This document shows positions 1 through 10,247 of a stretch of DNA of 64,000 bases, one piece after another. The position numbers and the translations under genes were made by a program. The notes below the pieces were generated by a model. That model was given only the letters and a program-made list of their open reading frames with translations. It searched no databases and was not told the DNA's origin. The stretch comes from Bdellovibrio sp. (GTDB lineage: Bacteria; Bdellovibrionota; Bdellovibrionia; Bdellovibrionales; Bdellovibrionaceae), in assembly GCA_036677065.1 (NCBI GenBank), contig JAKFBS010000004.1:256001-320000 (forward strand), in the 5' to 3' direction. Numbering within the stretch: the stretch's first letter is position 1; each line of letters begins with the position of its first letter.

Positions 1-579
1 TTTGTGGGCCTTTTTGGAAGCGTCTAAAGAAAAAATAAAACTACTGGAAACATAACCGTAACCCACGCCGTAGCTTGTGATGTCGCTATCATCATCTTCA
101 GCGTCGTAAAAATCAGCGACTAATCCTAATCTGTGGCCTTGTCCTTTGCCGAACAGCATTCCCAGTGAATAATTATCTTCTTCGTGATAACCAATTCCCA
201 GAGCAAAAGAATCTGTGCTAAATCCAGCAATAGCACCAGTTCTTCCTTCACAGTTATCGCAGTCATTTTTGTAGTGGCCAACGCCTAAGCCCGCATCACC
301 ACTGCCGACACCAAGCTCTACTCCGTAACCTTCGGCATTATTATTGTTATTATTACTTTCTTCATCTGTTTTGTCGTATTCCAGTGAAAGTTGAACACCG
401 TTATAATCGGCGGCCACGGCCGGATTGACGTAAGTGAAGCCGTGCGAATAATTGATCGGGGATGTGACCGCCGGCGTACCTATACCCTGCGAAACGGCTA
501 AAAATAAAGAATCATTTGTTTTTGCCTGCGATGTCGGACTAAAAAAAATAAATATGACGATGACGAAAATCCATTTCAT
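1..579 (-). CDS. Secreted, probable outer-membrane beta-barrel protein; partial, runs off window start
   Basis: Not in the ORF track. ATG at 579 after an AAGGAGG SD; open frame to position 1 (MKWIFVIVIFIFFSPTSQAKT...). Signal peptide and Gly/aromatic alternating strands (GYGVELGVG, SYGVGYGY). Confidence 0.7.
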   Translation of the reverse strand, partial: MKWIFVIVIFIFFSPTSQAKTNDSLFLAVSQGIGTPAVTSPINYSHGFTYVNPAVAADYNGVQLSLEYDKTDEESNNNNNNAEGYGVELGVGSGDAGLGVGHYKNDCDNCEGRTGAIAGFSTDSFALGIGYHEEDNYSLGMLFGKGQGHRLGLVADFYDAEDDDSDITSYGVGYGYVSSSFIFSLDASKKAHK

Positions 580-699
580 AAAGGCCTCCTTTGGGGAGAT
601 TACCTGTAGTTTACTCCTCTTTTTTTAAGGTGGAGTAAAAATATGAAATTTTGTATCAGTTCGAGAGATAGTCTAAGAGATTGTCGATATTTGTAAAAA

Positions 700-711
700 T
701 GGTGATTCCGG
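700..711. repeat. 12-bp copy of the tRNA-Arg 3' end (att-like direct repeat)
   Basis: TGGTGATTCCGG at 700-711 is identical to 2530-2541; both are preceded by an AAAA run. Confidence 0.7.
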
Positions 712-963
712 GTTGATAAATATCGAACTTATTGAAGCTCTGCTGGCAAATGTATTCAGTTTGCAACGATGCGAGGCAATATCCCTACCTACTTTTGCTG
801 GATTAAGAAATGTTTAATCTGCGTAGGGTAGCGGCTTTTTAAGAAAAATTGTATTAAAGTCTAGTAACGTATTTGTTTTTCAGTACGTATAAATAGTTTT
901 TTATTGTGTTATGGGCAAACGCTCATTTTTATTTCATAGTATAAGCTTCAAAGGAAAATAAAT

Positions 964-1428
964 ATGCAGCGTTTACTCTTAGGCGTGACTATCGTATTTT
1001 TATATTCATGCACATCGTTAGTTGTGCCAGAGGTTCCTGAGTATCGATTGAATCAGACCGGTGATTTAATTGTTTCGGACTCATCAAATTTGTGGCGTTT
1101 TTTCGAATCGCGACGCCCCCGCAGAGTCCTTCAGGCAACCTTAATTGTAAAAAATATGAATCCAAAAAAACAGTATCAAATCAAACTTGCAGACTCATTT
1201 GTTGATATTAATGGTGTTCGCGAAAAAATTTCTTGTAAGGATACGCAGAATTCTAATCAGATTCAGTTGAAAGAAAGTGCTCAAGCCAAAATTATCTGTG
1301 ATTTAGAATTGCATGCAACCGAACAAAATAAATTAGGCATAAAAGACACTCGTGCGGTGCTAAACATACCGACTGATCAAAATGTTATACAGATCGATCG
1401 TTTATTTCGAATCGAGGAATTTCAATGA
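964..1428 (+). CDS. Hypothetical lipoprotein
   Basis: AAGGA SD; lipobox-like LYSC; ATGA overlap with the next gene. Confidence 0.75.
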   Translation: MQRLLLGVTIVFLYSCTSLVVPEVPEYRLNQTGDLIVSDSSNLWRFFESRRPRRVLQATLIVKNMNPKKQYQIKLADSFVDINGVREKISCKDTQNSNQIQLKESAQAKIICDLELHATEQNKLGIKDTRAVLNIPTDQNVIQIDRLFRIEEFQ

Positions 1429-2495
1429 AATTTAGATTAAAAATAATTTTTATCATTTTATTTTCTTCTTTTTCTGTTTGGGCCAATAACAATGGTGGGC
1501 TTTTTGTCGCGGGATTGATTGGTGGTGCTGTTGCAACTAGCCATGAAGGATTTGTAGGTCAGCTTCCAGAAGAACTTGCGGATTGGCAAGATCCTGCAAC
1601 CCAATCAACTTCTAAACTTAATAAACAGTGCGGTTTATTAACAGAGTTTAAACTGTTGAGAACCGGCACATTAAATTTTGTGTTCTTAGGTATTCGAAAT
1701 GAGAGTGGTAGTGAAGTAACATTGAATTTAAACGATTCAACAATTGCCTTTTCAAGTGGTAAGCAAAGAACAATGTTAAATCGAAAGGAACCGCTACAAA
1801 TTAAAAATAATTGGTATTCTTGGGGGTTTCTGCCGATTCCTCGAAAGTCTGACTTTAAAGGGCAGATTTCCGCCAAAGTTGAAGTACCAATAATTATTGA
1901 TGGGAAAAAGCCTTGTGCTTTAATTGCAGATTTTTCCCGAAATCAAAATACTCCAGAACAGAAGTCATCATACATCGAAGCACCAGTGCGAGTTACATCT
2001 CTTGGGCTCGGTGGTGTAACCACTACAAGCGGGAAATTTAAAGACTATGCTGGTAAAAATAAAAACGCTTTAGAGGTCTATATGGCGGGATTTAGCGAGC
2101 CTGAATCTGGCTTTTACCTCAATGTATCAATTAACAATTTTGGTGACCCGAAAACGCATCCAGATTTTGAAAATATTAGTGCAGATAGGGCAACTTACAG
2201 CGGAATTTCTTTAGGTAAAACTTGGCGAATTTTTTCAAGCCAAGAAAGGTTAACCCACTATCTTAACATCGGACCTGAGGTTGGAAGTTACCAACAACTT
2301 AGAATTGAATCAGATGCTAAGTCCGTCAGTGCGTTTGGTGCATTTGCCTCTTATACCCTCGATATAAATTACTCCCGTCAATATGCAGGATTTTGGCGTG
2401 GTTATTTTAGCGTAGGGTTGACTCCCTTTATTCATGCTACAAATAAAGGTGTAATTACAGGGATCAATTTAGATCTACTTAGAGTAGGGCTTTGA
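1425..2495 (+). CDS. Secreted protein, possible C-terminal beta-barrel
   Basis: Signal peptide (SVWA); amphipathic beta-strand-like C-terminal half ending LLRVGL. Confidence 0.7.
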   Translation: MKFRLKIIFIILFSSFSVWANNNGGLFVAGLIGGAVATSHEGFVGQLPEELADWQDPATQSTSKLNKQCGLLTEFKLLRTGTLNFVFLGIRNESGSEVTLNLNDSTIAFSSGKQRTMLNRKEPLQIKNNWYSWGFLPIPRKSDFKGQISAKVEVPIIIDGKKPCALIADFSRNQNTPEQKSSYIEAPVRVTSLGLGGVTTTSGKFKDYAGKNKNALEVYMAGFSEPESGFYLNVSINNFGDPKTHPDFENISADRATYSGISLGKTWRIFSSQERLTHYLNIGPEVGSYQQLRIESDAKSVSAFGAFASYTLDINYSRQYAGFWRGYFSVGLTPFIHATNKGVITGINLDLLRVGL

Positions 2496-2529
2496 GTTAG
2501 ACATTTGGTTTTTTGCCCAAAAAGAAAAT

Positions 2530-2606
2530 TGGTGATTCCGGTACGATTCGAACGTACGACCCTCTCCTTAGAAGGGAGATGCTCTATCCAACTGAGCTAC
2601 GGAACC
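2530..2606 (-). tRNA. tRNA-Arg, anticodon TCT
   Basis: Reverse complement GGTTCCGTAGCTCAGTTGGATAGAGCATCTCCCTTCTAAGGAGAGGGTCGTACGTTCGAATCGTACCGGAATCACCA folds as a cloverleaf with a TTCGAA T-loop and encoded CCA. Confidence 0.97.
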
Positions 2607-2679
2607 CCGGTCAATTAACTGAAAGAAACTATCAAATTTGGAACAGATTGTTAAGCGCTTTTACTGGTGCTTATGCAAT

Positions 2680-3570
2680 TTATTTAACCACTTCTAGGGG
2701 CTGACCTAAGTTTAAAGCACAAAATGATCGGGTTTCGTGCGCTAAAAAGGGCTGCGAGCTGTCGGTCAGCGGGTTTCCGTTCAGATCGGTATAACGGGTT
2801 AAGCTTGGCCCGCCGAATTGAATGTTGGTGCGTAAGTCTAATTGTTGGTTCCAGCGATCAAGCATTATGCCGGTAAACGGATCTTTCATGCGAACACTAA
2901 AGTCGTATTTAGAATTTTCTGATTTTGTAACCTCAGCATAAAAAAACAATTCATGAATGAGTGGAGCCTGTGGCGCCAGATCGACGGTCGTTTTTAGAAT
3001 CGTTACTTCGCCGCGCTTAGGGGTTGCAGAAACTGAAGTATTAAATTGAAAATTCATTTCTGAGTTTGAGTTAAAAGGTACGCCCAGCCTATTTACGCTG
3101 ATTTGGCATTCGGCAGATTTTACACTGGCTTGTAATTTAAAACTTAAAACATCTTTGATTTCTTTTTCAGTTAATAAAAATTCTTCGCCAATATAAATTT
3201 GGTAAAGTCCAGAGGTGTTTTGCAGAATATTTGATGTGGCGCAGACCACAGTTTGATATTCGCCATCGCTTGTTTGTTCGAAAAGTAAAATTCCCTTTTG
3301 ATTCACAGGAATATGTTGGCCATTGCAGTTTAAGCGGTCTTGCCCTTGAATATCTAAATACACGCTTTCAATGACACCGCGTAAAACTTTTTCGACGCGA
3401 ACTCGCGCTTTGCCATTATAGATGGCTACGGTTTCAACTTTAGCGACAATTGTAGTTTTTCGTTGGGCTGCCTGCTGGGCATTGGCGAAACCCATGCAAT
3501 CGCAGGCTTGTGATTGGGTAGAGAAGATAAATGCAGATAGCGAAATTAAAAGGCCAAAGCAGAAACGCAT
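2680..3570 (-). CDS. Secreted protein with N-terminal C-x-C motif (TIMP/NTR-like)
   Basis: AAGGAG SD; signal peptide ending SQA followed directly by CDC; further Cys in RLNCNG and TVVCA. Confidence 0.65.
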   Translation of the reverse strand: MRFCFGLLISLSAFIFSTQSQACDCMGFANAQQAAQRKTTIVAKVETVAIYNGKARVRVEKVLRGVIESVYLDIQGQDRLNCNGQHIPVNQKGILLFEQTSDGEYQTVVCATSNILQNTSGLYQIYIGEEFLLTEKEIKDVLSFKLQASVKSAECQISVNRLGVPFNSNSEMNFQFNTSVSATPKRGEVTILKTTVDLAPQAPLIHELFFYAEVTKSENSKYDFSVRMKDPFTGIMLDRWNQQLDLRTNIQFGGPSLTRYTDLNGNPLTDSSQPFLAHETRSFCALNLGQPLEVVK

Positions 3571-3680
3571 GAGTATGCTCCTTGTTTTGCGAACAACCTA
3601 ACAGAACGATGGCAGATGCAAATACTTAATGCCTCTTGTTACCTGTTTACATTCATGACTACGCTCATCATCATTGGTAA

Positions 3681-4847
3681 ATGCGTTTATTTCTTGTAAC
3701 CGTTTTTTGGCTTGTGTTCGGCGTGAAGGCTTTGGCCTATCCGGATTTCATTGGTTACGGGTATCGTAGCTGTTTAGTTTGCCATGAATCGGGTAGCGGT
3801 GGTGGTGCTTTAACAGATTACGGTAGAGGCGTGTTCGCTTCTGAAATTGCAGCCAATCCTATCAAACGTTGGATCAATGATGAAGAAGCTGCGCAAGTTT
3901 CAAATTTTTTAGGTCCCGTTGAATTTCCTTTTTGGTTACGTATCGGTTTTAAATACCGGGCCTTAACTGTCGAACGCTCACCTGGTTCTGAGCAAAGCCG
4001 AATGTATCACTACAACATGCAAAATGATCTGAATTTGAATTTTTTTGCTAACGAAGCCCATACCATCGGATTAATCACGACTGTCGGGTATGTTGAAAAT
4101 CCACTTTCATTATATCCAAATAAAACGATGAAAGATGATTCGTATTTATTTTACCGCGAATATTTTATTAAAGCTAACGTTGCTAAAGAATTTTGGATCT
4201 ACGCCGGCATGATGGATAAAGTGTTTGGTATTAAGACCGTGAATCACACGTCTGTAAATCGTGCGCCTTTATCACTGGGGCAAAATGACCAAGTCCATGC
4301 AGGCCTTGTGCAATGGGCGCGTAAAGACGAAGATTTATTTTTTCAATACTGGGCGGGTAATTTGCATTTACCTAAAGCTGATCGCCGTTCTGGTGGAAGT
4401 TTTATGCTGGATAAAAAATGGGGCAGCATGCATGCGGCCGGGTTTAGTTTGTTAACTGAGTCTAAAGAAGGCACTAAGCAAAATATTTTTTCATTGCATA
4501 ATAAAATGGGTTTTCGCGATGGAAATTCACTGTTGATGGAAGGTGGTTACCGTGTTGAAACTACCGAGCAGGCCGGTGTTTCAATCGATAGCAAAAGTTA
4601 TTATATTTTTACGCAGAATAATTTAAATTTAACTCGCGGAGTATTTTTCTTATCAGGTTTAGAGATTTCTAAAAATACCACCGAGTCGACAAATCCGCAA
4701 AATTTGCGCTGGGATTTAGGTTTTTTAATTTTTCCGATTCAAAGAATGGAAGTTCGTTTTTCTGGAATTAACCAAAAAACATTAAGCGCTGAAGAGGCAG
4801 TTAAAGATCAATGGTCAATACAATCACAAATACATTTATCTTTATAA
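3681..4847 (+). CDS. Outer-membrane beta-barrel protein with N-terminal heme-c motif
   Basis: Signal peptide; YPDFIGYGYRSCLVCH (CxxCH); amphipathic strands; C-terminal strand QIHLSL. Confidence 0.75.
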   Translation: MRLFLVTVFWLVFGVKALAYPDFIGYGYRSCLVCHESGSGGGALTDYGRGVFASEIAANPIKRWINDEEAAQVSNFLGPVEFPFWLRIGFKYRALTVERSPGSEQSRMYHYNMQNDLNLNFFANEAHTIGLITTVGYVENPLSLYPNKTMKDDSYLFYREYFIKANVAKEFWIYAGMMDKVFGIKTVNHTSVNRAPLSLGQNDQVHAGLVQWARKDEDLFFQYWAGNLHLPKADRRSGGSFMLDKKWGSMHAAGFSLLTESKEGTKQNIFSLHNKMGFRDGNSLLMEGGYRVETTEQAGVSIDSKSYYIFTQNNLNLTRGVFFLSGLEISKNTTESTNPQNLRWDLGFLIFPIQRMEVRFSGINQKTLSAEEAVKDQWSIQSQIHLSL

Positions 4848-5527
4848 TTTTATCGCTCGCGATTAATGGAGCATTCGCTGCTGATGAAGCAAAAGAACTC
4901 ATCCAGCAGGTAAAGCAGGCTCCTGCGCAAGTAGCGCCGGCGGCGCCATCACGTAAACTTTTAAAACGCGTTCGTCGCAAAAGACCAGTCGTTACTGAAG
5001 CTGAGCTGATGTCTAAGATAGGTTTTTCTGCAGGAGCCGTAGCTTGGGGCGAACAAATTCTTCTGCGAACAGCAGATGGGCGCACTGAAAATATTTTGGT
5101 TGAATACACTGGCCTTGCGGTGGGGTTAGATTACACACTTACGGGCGATCTGGCGGGTTGGTACACTTCAGTAAAAACAATGCTTCTTCAAGGTCAGGCG
5201 CAGGCCGAAGGTCAATCTATCACTTATCAAAACAAAGTCGATGCAGTCACAGCAGTTTTTGCCACGACAGGCCTTAGGTTTTACCCACATGAAAAAGTGA
5301 ATGTGACTTTGAGTGCAGGAGCAACCTATTACAAATTGCAGCTAGAGCCACCGACTTCGGTAGTGACCAGCTACGATTTTAAATACTCTGAAGACATACA
5401 GCCTGTGGCCCAGTTGCAACTTGGATGGATGTTAAATGAGTCGTTATTATTTCAACAGGAGATCTTTGCCGCTGCTAAAAACAATGTTTCTGCCGGCTGG
5501 ATTGTCTCACTTGGATACGTTTTTTAG
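4811..5527 (+). CDS. Small outer-membrane beta-barrel protein
   Basis: Signal peptide; C-terminal SLGYVF barrel signature. Confidence 0.75.
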   Translation: MVNTITNTFIFIILSLAINGAFAADEAKELIQQVKQAPAQVAPAAPSRKLLKRVRRKRPVVTEAELMSKIGFSAGAVAWGEQILLRTADGRTENILVEYTGLAVGLDYTLTGDLAGWYTSVKTMLLQGQAQAEGQSITYQNKVDAVTAVFATTGLRFYPHEKVNVTLSAGATYYKLQLEPPTSVVTSYDFKYSEDIQPVAQLQLGWMLNESLLFQQEIFAAAKNNVSAGWIVSLGYVF

Positions 5528-5680
5528 ATTCTGATAGACTTTTGGTGTCTAGGTAGTTTTCAAACGCGAAATTTCATAAATAAGTTCGACAGCAAACTGT
5601 ATCGATCAGGTACGTTTTCGAAACTAGTCTATACAAATTAATTGTGCCCCCCCAAAATAGTAAGTGGGGGAACGAAAACT

Positions 5681-7252
5681 ATGCGCTATAAACATTCACT
5701 GTTTATTTCTTTTGTTGCTATTGGTTTGATGACCACTCAGAATTCTGGGGCTGCGAGCAAACTTAACGACGTTGAAATTTTCAATCGTTGTTATTTAAAG
5801 CTATTTAAAATGGTTGTGCCACGCACTGCCAGCCTTGGTAAAACTTTGACTGACACTATTTACAGTAAAAAAATTACGGGCCCTGCGGCTTGTATGGTTT
5901 TACTTGAGCAGTCTGAGTTTATGGATAACGGTAAACTTCGTGCCGCGAAGTACTCGAATTATCCTAAGTTAAGCGAACAAGAGACAAAAAAACTTATCGC
6001 TAACTTACATAATTTTCATAATACATGGTTTAGTAAAAAAGCTTTCGTTTTTTCAACCAACGGATCTGACACATCAACATACGCTATTAAAGATAACGAT
6101 GAACCATCATTATACTTTACGCGTGCTTTGTTTGGCAGTGCTGTTCCTATTTCAACGGCTTTCACTGGCACAAAGACCTTACGTGGTTTACGTGAAACAC
6201 CAGATAAGATGGCTACAAAACGTTGGCAGTCTAAACCAATGAATATCTTAAATGAAGCTAACTTCGGTAATGCTTCGGGTTTTGTGATGGCTTCAGGCCC
6301 AGGTGCTACTGCGGCTTCAATTGTCGTCAAAGATGAAGATCTTGTGCCGTTTGGTAAATTATATGGTATTGAAGAAGCTAAACCGCTAATTGTTCCGAAT
6401 GTGGTGATCAGTAATCAGGGTAACGTTTCAGCAACAATTCGTACACAGATCACGCAGGCAATTGCTTTAAAGATTAAAGATGTAAATTTATTCGAGCACT
6501 TAGGTGGTGGTATTTTAGGTTCGCAGGTTTTCATTATGAAAAACACGAATTTAAGCGTGGGCCAAATTGCTCCGGGCGCTAATAATGATAAAGATGATGT
6601 GGTTGCACGTCGTATTTCAAGTCGCGTTTTTGAAGATTTATTATGTCACCAAATGCCTACATTAAGTGAAGCCGACGTGCGTGGTGATGTGATTGAAAAT
6701 TCTCCGCATGGTTTTAGAATTAACTCTTCATGCATGGCTTGTCATACATCGTTAGATCCGATGGCGTATACAATGAGAAATTTTGCGCCGTACAGAACTT
6801 CAAACAATGAAATGCCACCGGCAACACCTGAAGGCAATGCGATTCGTGCCAAAGGAACTCCGGTTTTGGGTATTACAAGATTACCAGCAGTTGATGGTTC
6901 GGGTCACTTTGCTTTGCAAGCGCCAACAGGTGCATTGAACTATCGTGACCACACAAACAAGTTAATTAAAATTCCGGTAAAAAATTTAAATGAATTAGGT
7001 GCAGCGATTGCGAACAGCGATGATTTCTACCGTTGCGTAGCAAAACGTTATTACAGCTATTTTACTGGTTATGATGTGAATTTAGCAGAACGCAATGTTC
7101 CTGAATCCAGCAACACGAAAGAAGCTAAATTTCACCGCGCGAAAGTTTACTCGATCGCCGCAAATCTTAAGAAAAGTCAGAACATGACATCAATGATCAA
7201 AGAAATTGTCAGCAGTGAGGCCTTTGTTTATCGCCAATATTCACCTCCGTAA
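5681..7252 (+). CDS. Secreted heme-c protein (DUF1585/DUF1588-like partner of DUF1501)
   Basis: ATG at 5681 after a GGGGGA SD is preferred over the ORF-track TTG at 5642. Signal peptide; SSCMACH...LDPMA; C-terminal FYRCVAKRYYSYFTG...IKEIVSSEAF. Confidence 0.7.
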   Translation: MRYKHSLFISFVAIGLMTTQNSGAASKLNDVEIFNRCYLKLFKMVVPRTASLGKTLTDTIYSKKITGPAACMVLLEQSEFMDNGKLRAAKYSNYPKLSEQETKKLIANLHNFHNTWFSKKAFVFSTNGSDTSTYAIKDNDEPSLYFTRALFGSAVPISTAFTGTKTLRGLRETPDKMATKRWQSKPMNILNEANFGNASGFVMASGPGATAASIVVKDEDLVPFGKLYGIEEAKPLIVPNVVISNQGNVSATIRTQITQAIALKIKDVNLFEHLGGGILGSQVFIMKNTNLSVGQIAPGANNDKDDVVARRISSRVFEDLLCHQMPTLSEADVRGDVIENSPHGFRINSSCMACHTSLDPMAYTMRNFAPYRTSNNEMPPATPEGNAIRAKGTPVLGITRLPAVDGSGHFALQAPTGALNYRDHTNKLIKIPVKNLNELGAAIANSDDFYRCVAKRYYSYFTGYDVNLAERNVPESSNTKEAKFHRAKVYSIAANLKKSQNMTSMIKEIVSSEAFVYRQYSPP

Positions 7253-7307
7253 AACGGAATCAGTGAATAAGGGGTTGGCGAATAAATAATTTCAGGGGGA
7301 AAACAGA

Positions 7308-8948
7308 ATGGGTAACGGACAAAGTCGTAGAAAATTTTTAGAAAACGCAACAAAGAGCCTAGGTTTAGTAGGGATATCTCCTATGATGTCTAACTTTATT
7401 GTGCAGACTCTTTCTTCTCAGGTTCTTGCAGCTGGAACAACAAACAGCGGCGGTTCAGATAAAATTTATATCTTTTTTGCATTACCAGGTGGGCCACCAC
7501 GTTGGTTTTTTGATCTGCCATTAACTCCTAACGGAACTACGGCAAAACCCACAGATAATTTTTCGCATACTGGTGTTGCTACTTATGTGGGTATGGCAGG
7601 AGCCGGTGATCCACAAGCCATATACAAACCATGGCGTGATCCAGTCAGTAAATACTGGTTACCACCGGTGTGGGGTTCAAACCCTTCAGGCGGAAGCTTT
7701 AAAAACTGTTTAGCCAATGCAGCTTTTATCCGCGGTGTTGATTTTGAAATTAATAATCATGACTTAGGCAGATTACGTAACCAATCACCAATTATCGGTG
7801 GGTTATCAATTGCGGGCCTATTAGCTGAAAAAACAAATTCAGCATTTCCGGCAGCTTCTGCCGGAAGTATCGGCGCAGCATTCAAGGCTGGTAAACCAAT
7901 GTCTCCGGTGGGGTTAAATTATGCGGTATCAGCTACCGCTAATCCAATTTCAACAACGATGCGCTACTTTGCAGGCCGCGCGCCGGTTGAAAATTTAGCG
8001 GTCAATCAAGCTTTATCAGAGTTTGATAAATACGCTGATAAAAATAATTTTATCCAAAAAGGTTTAACTGAATCAAAAGACAGATCTGATGCTTTAGTTC
8101 AGCAAGGTGTAAGTACTTTTACTGATAAATGGCAGCCAACTTACGATAAATATTTATTAAAAGTTAAAGAGGCGATGTCTATGAATAACACTTCGCCATT
8201 CATGGATACTAAACCTATTACACCGCCGAAAATGACTACGGCAGGAACACCAGATATTCGGTCACGCCGCGGTGACGCTCAATTTATGGGTGATTTATCA
8301 GATTACCGCAACATGGTGAATGACCAAACGACGGTGGCTAATTTAGCTGCGACATTTGCTACGGTTGAAATTTTAATCACTATGGGTTTAACCCAAGTTG
8401 TGACAACTGATTTAGGTGGTATCTCAAATCTAATTTTCAACAACGCCAACGGAAAATTCGGTTTAGCTAACGATCAGCATTTTATCGGTACATTAGTATC
8501 AACAATTGCGACGACCTTCATGTACCGCGCGATGATTAATTGCACTGAAGAATTAGTATTAGCCTTAAAAGAAAAAAATCTATTTGATAAAACTGTTATC
8601 CAGTTTGGAGCCGAGTTTAACCGCACAGCTAAAGCTGATGGTTCTGGTTCAGATCATGGATTTAAAGGAAGTTCAGTTTTATTAATTTCAGGTATGATCA
8701 AAAAAACTGTAGTACTTGGAAATGTTAAAGACGACAATACCGGAGTTTACAAAGGAACTTGGGGTTTGGCAGCGCCACACCCGATCTTGGATAACAAATA
8801 TCCACTGCGTCTTAACGACGTGGCAAAAACCATTTGTGGAATGTTAGGGCTGAAAAACGTTTCTAACAACGGAGAATATATTTTAAATACTGATGGTACT
8901 CAATGGGAAGCGTTCACAGGCGTGAAAGGCGAGGCTAAAAATGTTTAG
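7308..8948 (+). CDS. Tat-exported DUF1501-family protein
   Basis: SRRKFL twin-arginine motif; FFALPGG; C-terminal EFNRT...GSDHG motif. Confidence 0.8.
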   Translation: MGNGQSRRKFLENATKSLGLVGISPMMSNFIVQTLSSQVLAAGTTNSGGSDKIYIFFALPGGPPRWFFDLPLTPNGTTAKPTDNFSHTGVATYVGMAGAGDPQAIYKPWRDPVSKYWLPPVWGSNPSGGSFKNCLANAAFIRGVDFEINNHDLGRLRNQSPIIGGLSIAGLLAEKTNSAFPAASAGSIGAAFKAGKPMSPVGLNYAVSATANPISTTMRYFAGRAPVENLAVNQALSEFDKYADKNNFIQKGLTESKDRSDALVQQGVSTFTDKWQPTYDKYLLKVKEAMSMNNTSPFMDTKPITPPKMTTAGTPDIRSRRGDAQFMGDLSDYRNMVNDQTTVANLAATFATVEILITMGLTQVVTTDLGGISNLIFNNANGKFGLANDQHFIGTLVSTIATTFMYRAMINCTEELVLALKEKNLFDKTVIQFGAEFNRTAKADGSGSDHGFKGSSVLLISGMIKKTVVLGNVKDDNTGVYKGTWGLAAPHPILDNKYPLRLNDVAKTICGMLGLKNVSNNGEYILNTDGTQWEAFTGVKGEAKNV

Positions 8949-9675
8949 ATCAATGTATGCTCGTATTTCTTTAGTGATAGTTTCGTTATTTGTAATGGTG
9001 CATTTTCAAAACTGTGCGCCCGCTGCAAAAGAAGAATCAGTGCTTGATTCAATGTCAGGGGCTACGCCGATTGATCAAATTCATAGAGATAATGATCACG
9101 GTACAGAAATTCCTATGCAAGAAAAAGTGGCTATGGAGGTTTCAAAATCTTTATTAGACCGCTCAATGATCTATTCATTGTTTGTCGATATTTTCGGTCC
9201 GGATGCAGCAGCAATAACTGCTTTAAATCAATTGCGCGCCGAGCGGGCGGTTTTTGGTGGCCCGTGTTCAGTTTATGAAAATTTTAAATCAGTTCGTGCT
9301 GGCTTAAAGATGGATTCTGAAGCTGAAAGCTGTGCTAACTCTGAAACTGCAAATAACCTAGGTGCACCGGTAAATCCAGTGGCTAATGTTTTACAGCAGG
9401 CTTTAATTAATGACGTTTGTCAGCAAGTGCTCATGAACACGAAAACTTATAACTACGCGATCGCCCAGGTTAAAGAAAGTTCAACTGTCGCGATCCCGGC
9501 AAATACACCGGCAAATGTTTTAAAAGTTTTTCGTTTATTTTATCGCGGTAAACCCGATCCTGATGCTGGTTTAGTTAATAGCTTACAGGTTTTAGTGGGT
9601 GAGCCAGCTACCGCTGACGGGTGGAAGGCAGCGATCTCGACGACTTGTGTTTCAAGTCACTGGCAGGCGTTGTAA
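8941..9675 (+). CDS. Hypothetical lipoprotein (FQNC lipobox)
   Basis: HFQNC after a hydrophobic stretch; overlaps the previous gene; Cys-rich. Confidence 0.75.
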   Translation: MFRSMYARISLVIVSLFVMVHFQNCAPAAKEESVLDSMSGATPIDQIHRDNDHGTEIPMQEKVAMEVSKSLLDRSMIYSLFVDIFGPDAAAITALNQLRAERAVFGGPCSVYENFKSVRAGLKMDSEAESCANSETANNLGAPVNPVANVLQQALINDVCQQVLMNTKTYNYAIAQVKESSTVAIPANTPANVLKVFRLFYRGKPDPDAGLVNSLQVLVGEPATADGWKAAISTTCVSSHWQAL

Positions 9676-10235
9676 TGAAGTACTGGGGGATTTTAGTTTT
9701 ATTAACCACACAACTAACAATGGCAGACCAGGTCGTGCCATTGTTTCGCGATAATAGCATGACAACTTATGTGACAATGCCATTTCGCTTAGAAGCTACA
9801 AACGGTTCAGCCATTCCGATCATGAGTATTGAAGTCACAAGTTCAAAAGAAAATTGCCAGGCGATGATTGATCCAATGATTTCGTCAAATTTTTTAGTCA
9901 AATGCACAAAGACAGATTCACTCGAAGTCGCTGTGTATTTTAAACAAAGTGATGGGTCAATTGCCCGTATTAATTATGGACCGGTGGTGGTCGCAAAAAT
10001 TTCTGACAGCGAGACAGTGTTAATTCCAGTCGTTGATAATGCACTTAAATACAAAGCCGGCCGTGATTTGTATTCAAGCCAGTGTATGAGCTGTCATTTA
10101 AGCCCTTATGATAAACCCAATCGTTCTTTGACTCAGATTAAATCGGCGATTGCAGGAATCACGCGTATGAAATCCATTAAACTGACTGATGCGCAAATCA
10201 AATCCATCAGCGATTATTTAAATAATTTAGATTAG
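9675..10235 (+). CDS. Secreted protein with C-terminal class I cytochrome c domain
   Basis: TAATG coupling gives start 9675 (MKYWGIL...). GRDLYSSQCMSCH motif, distal Met (RMKSI), end ISDYL. Confidence 0.8.
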   Translation: MKYWGILVLLTTQLTMADQVVPLFRDNSMTTYVTMPFRLEATNGSAIPIMSIEVTSSKENCQAMIDPMISSNFLVKCTKTDSLEVAVYFKQSDGSIARINYGPVVVAKISDSETVLIPVVDNALKYKAGRDLYSSQCMSCHLSPYDKPNRSLTQIKSAIAGITRMKSIKLTDAQIKSISDYLNNLD

Positions 10236-10247
10236 AAGGAGGGATAT

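Noticed and set aside
783..828. Imperfect hairpin (CCCTAC...GATTAA/TTAATC...GTAGGG) in the islet leader
   Set aside because: No recognisable riboswitch or ncRNA consensus.
2513..2704. 63-aa ORF in the track
   Set aside because: Antisense to tRNA-Arg; spurious.
3617..3634. Sigma54-like box upstream of the TIMP-like gene
   Set aside because: GG-to-GC spacing is 12 nt rather than the required 10.
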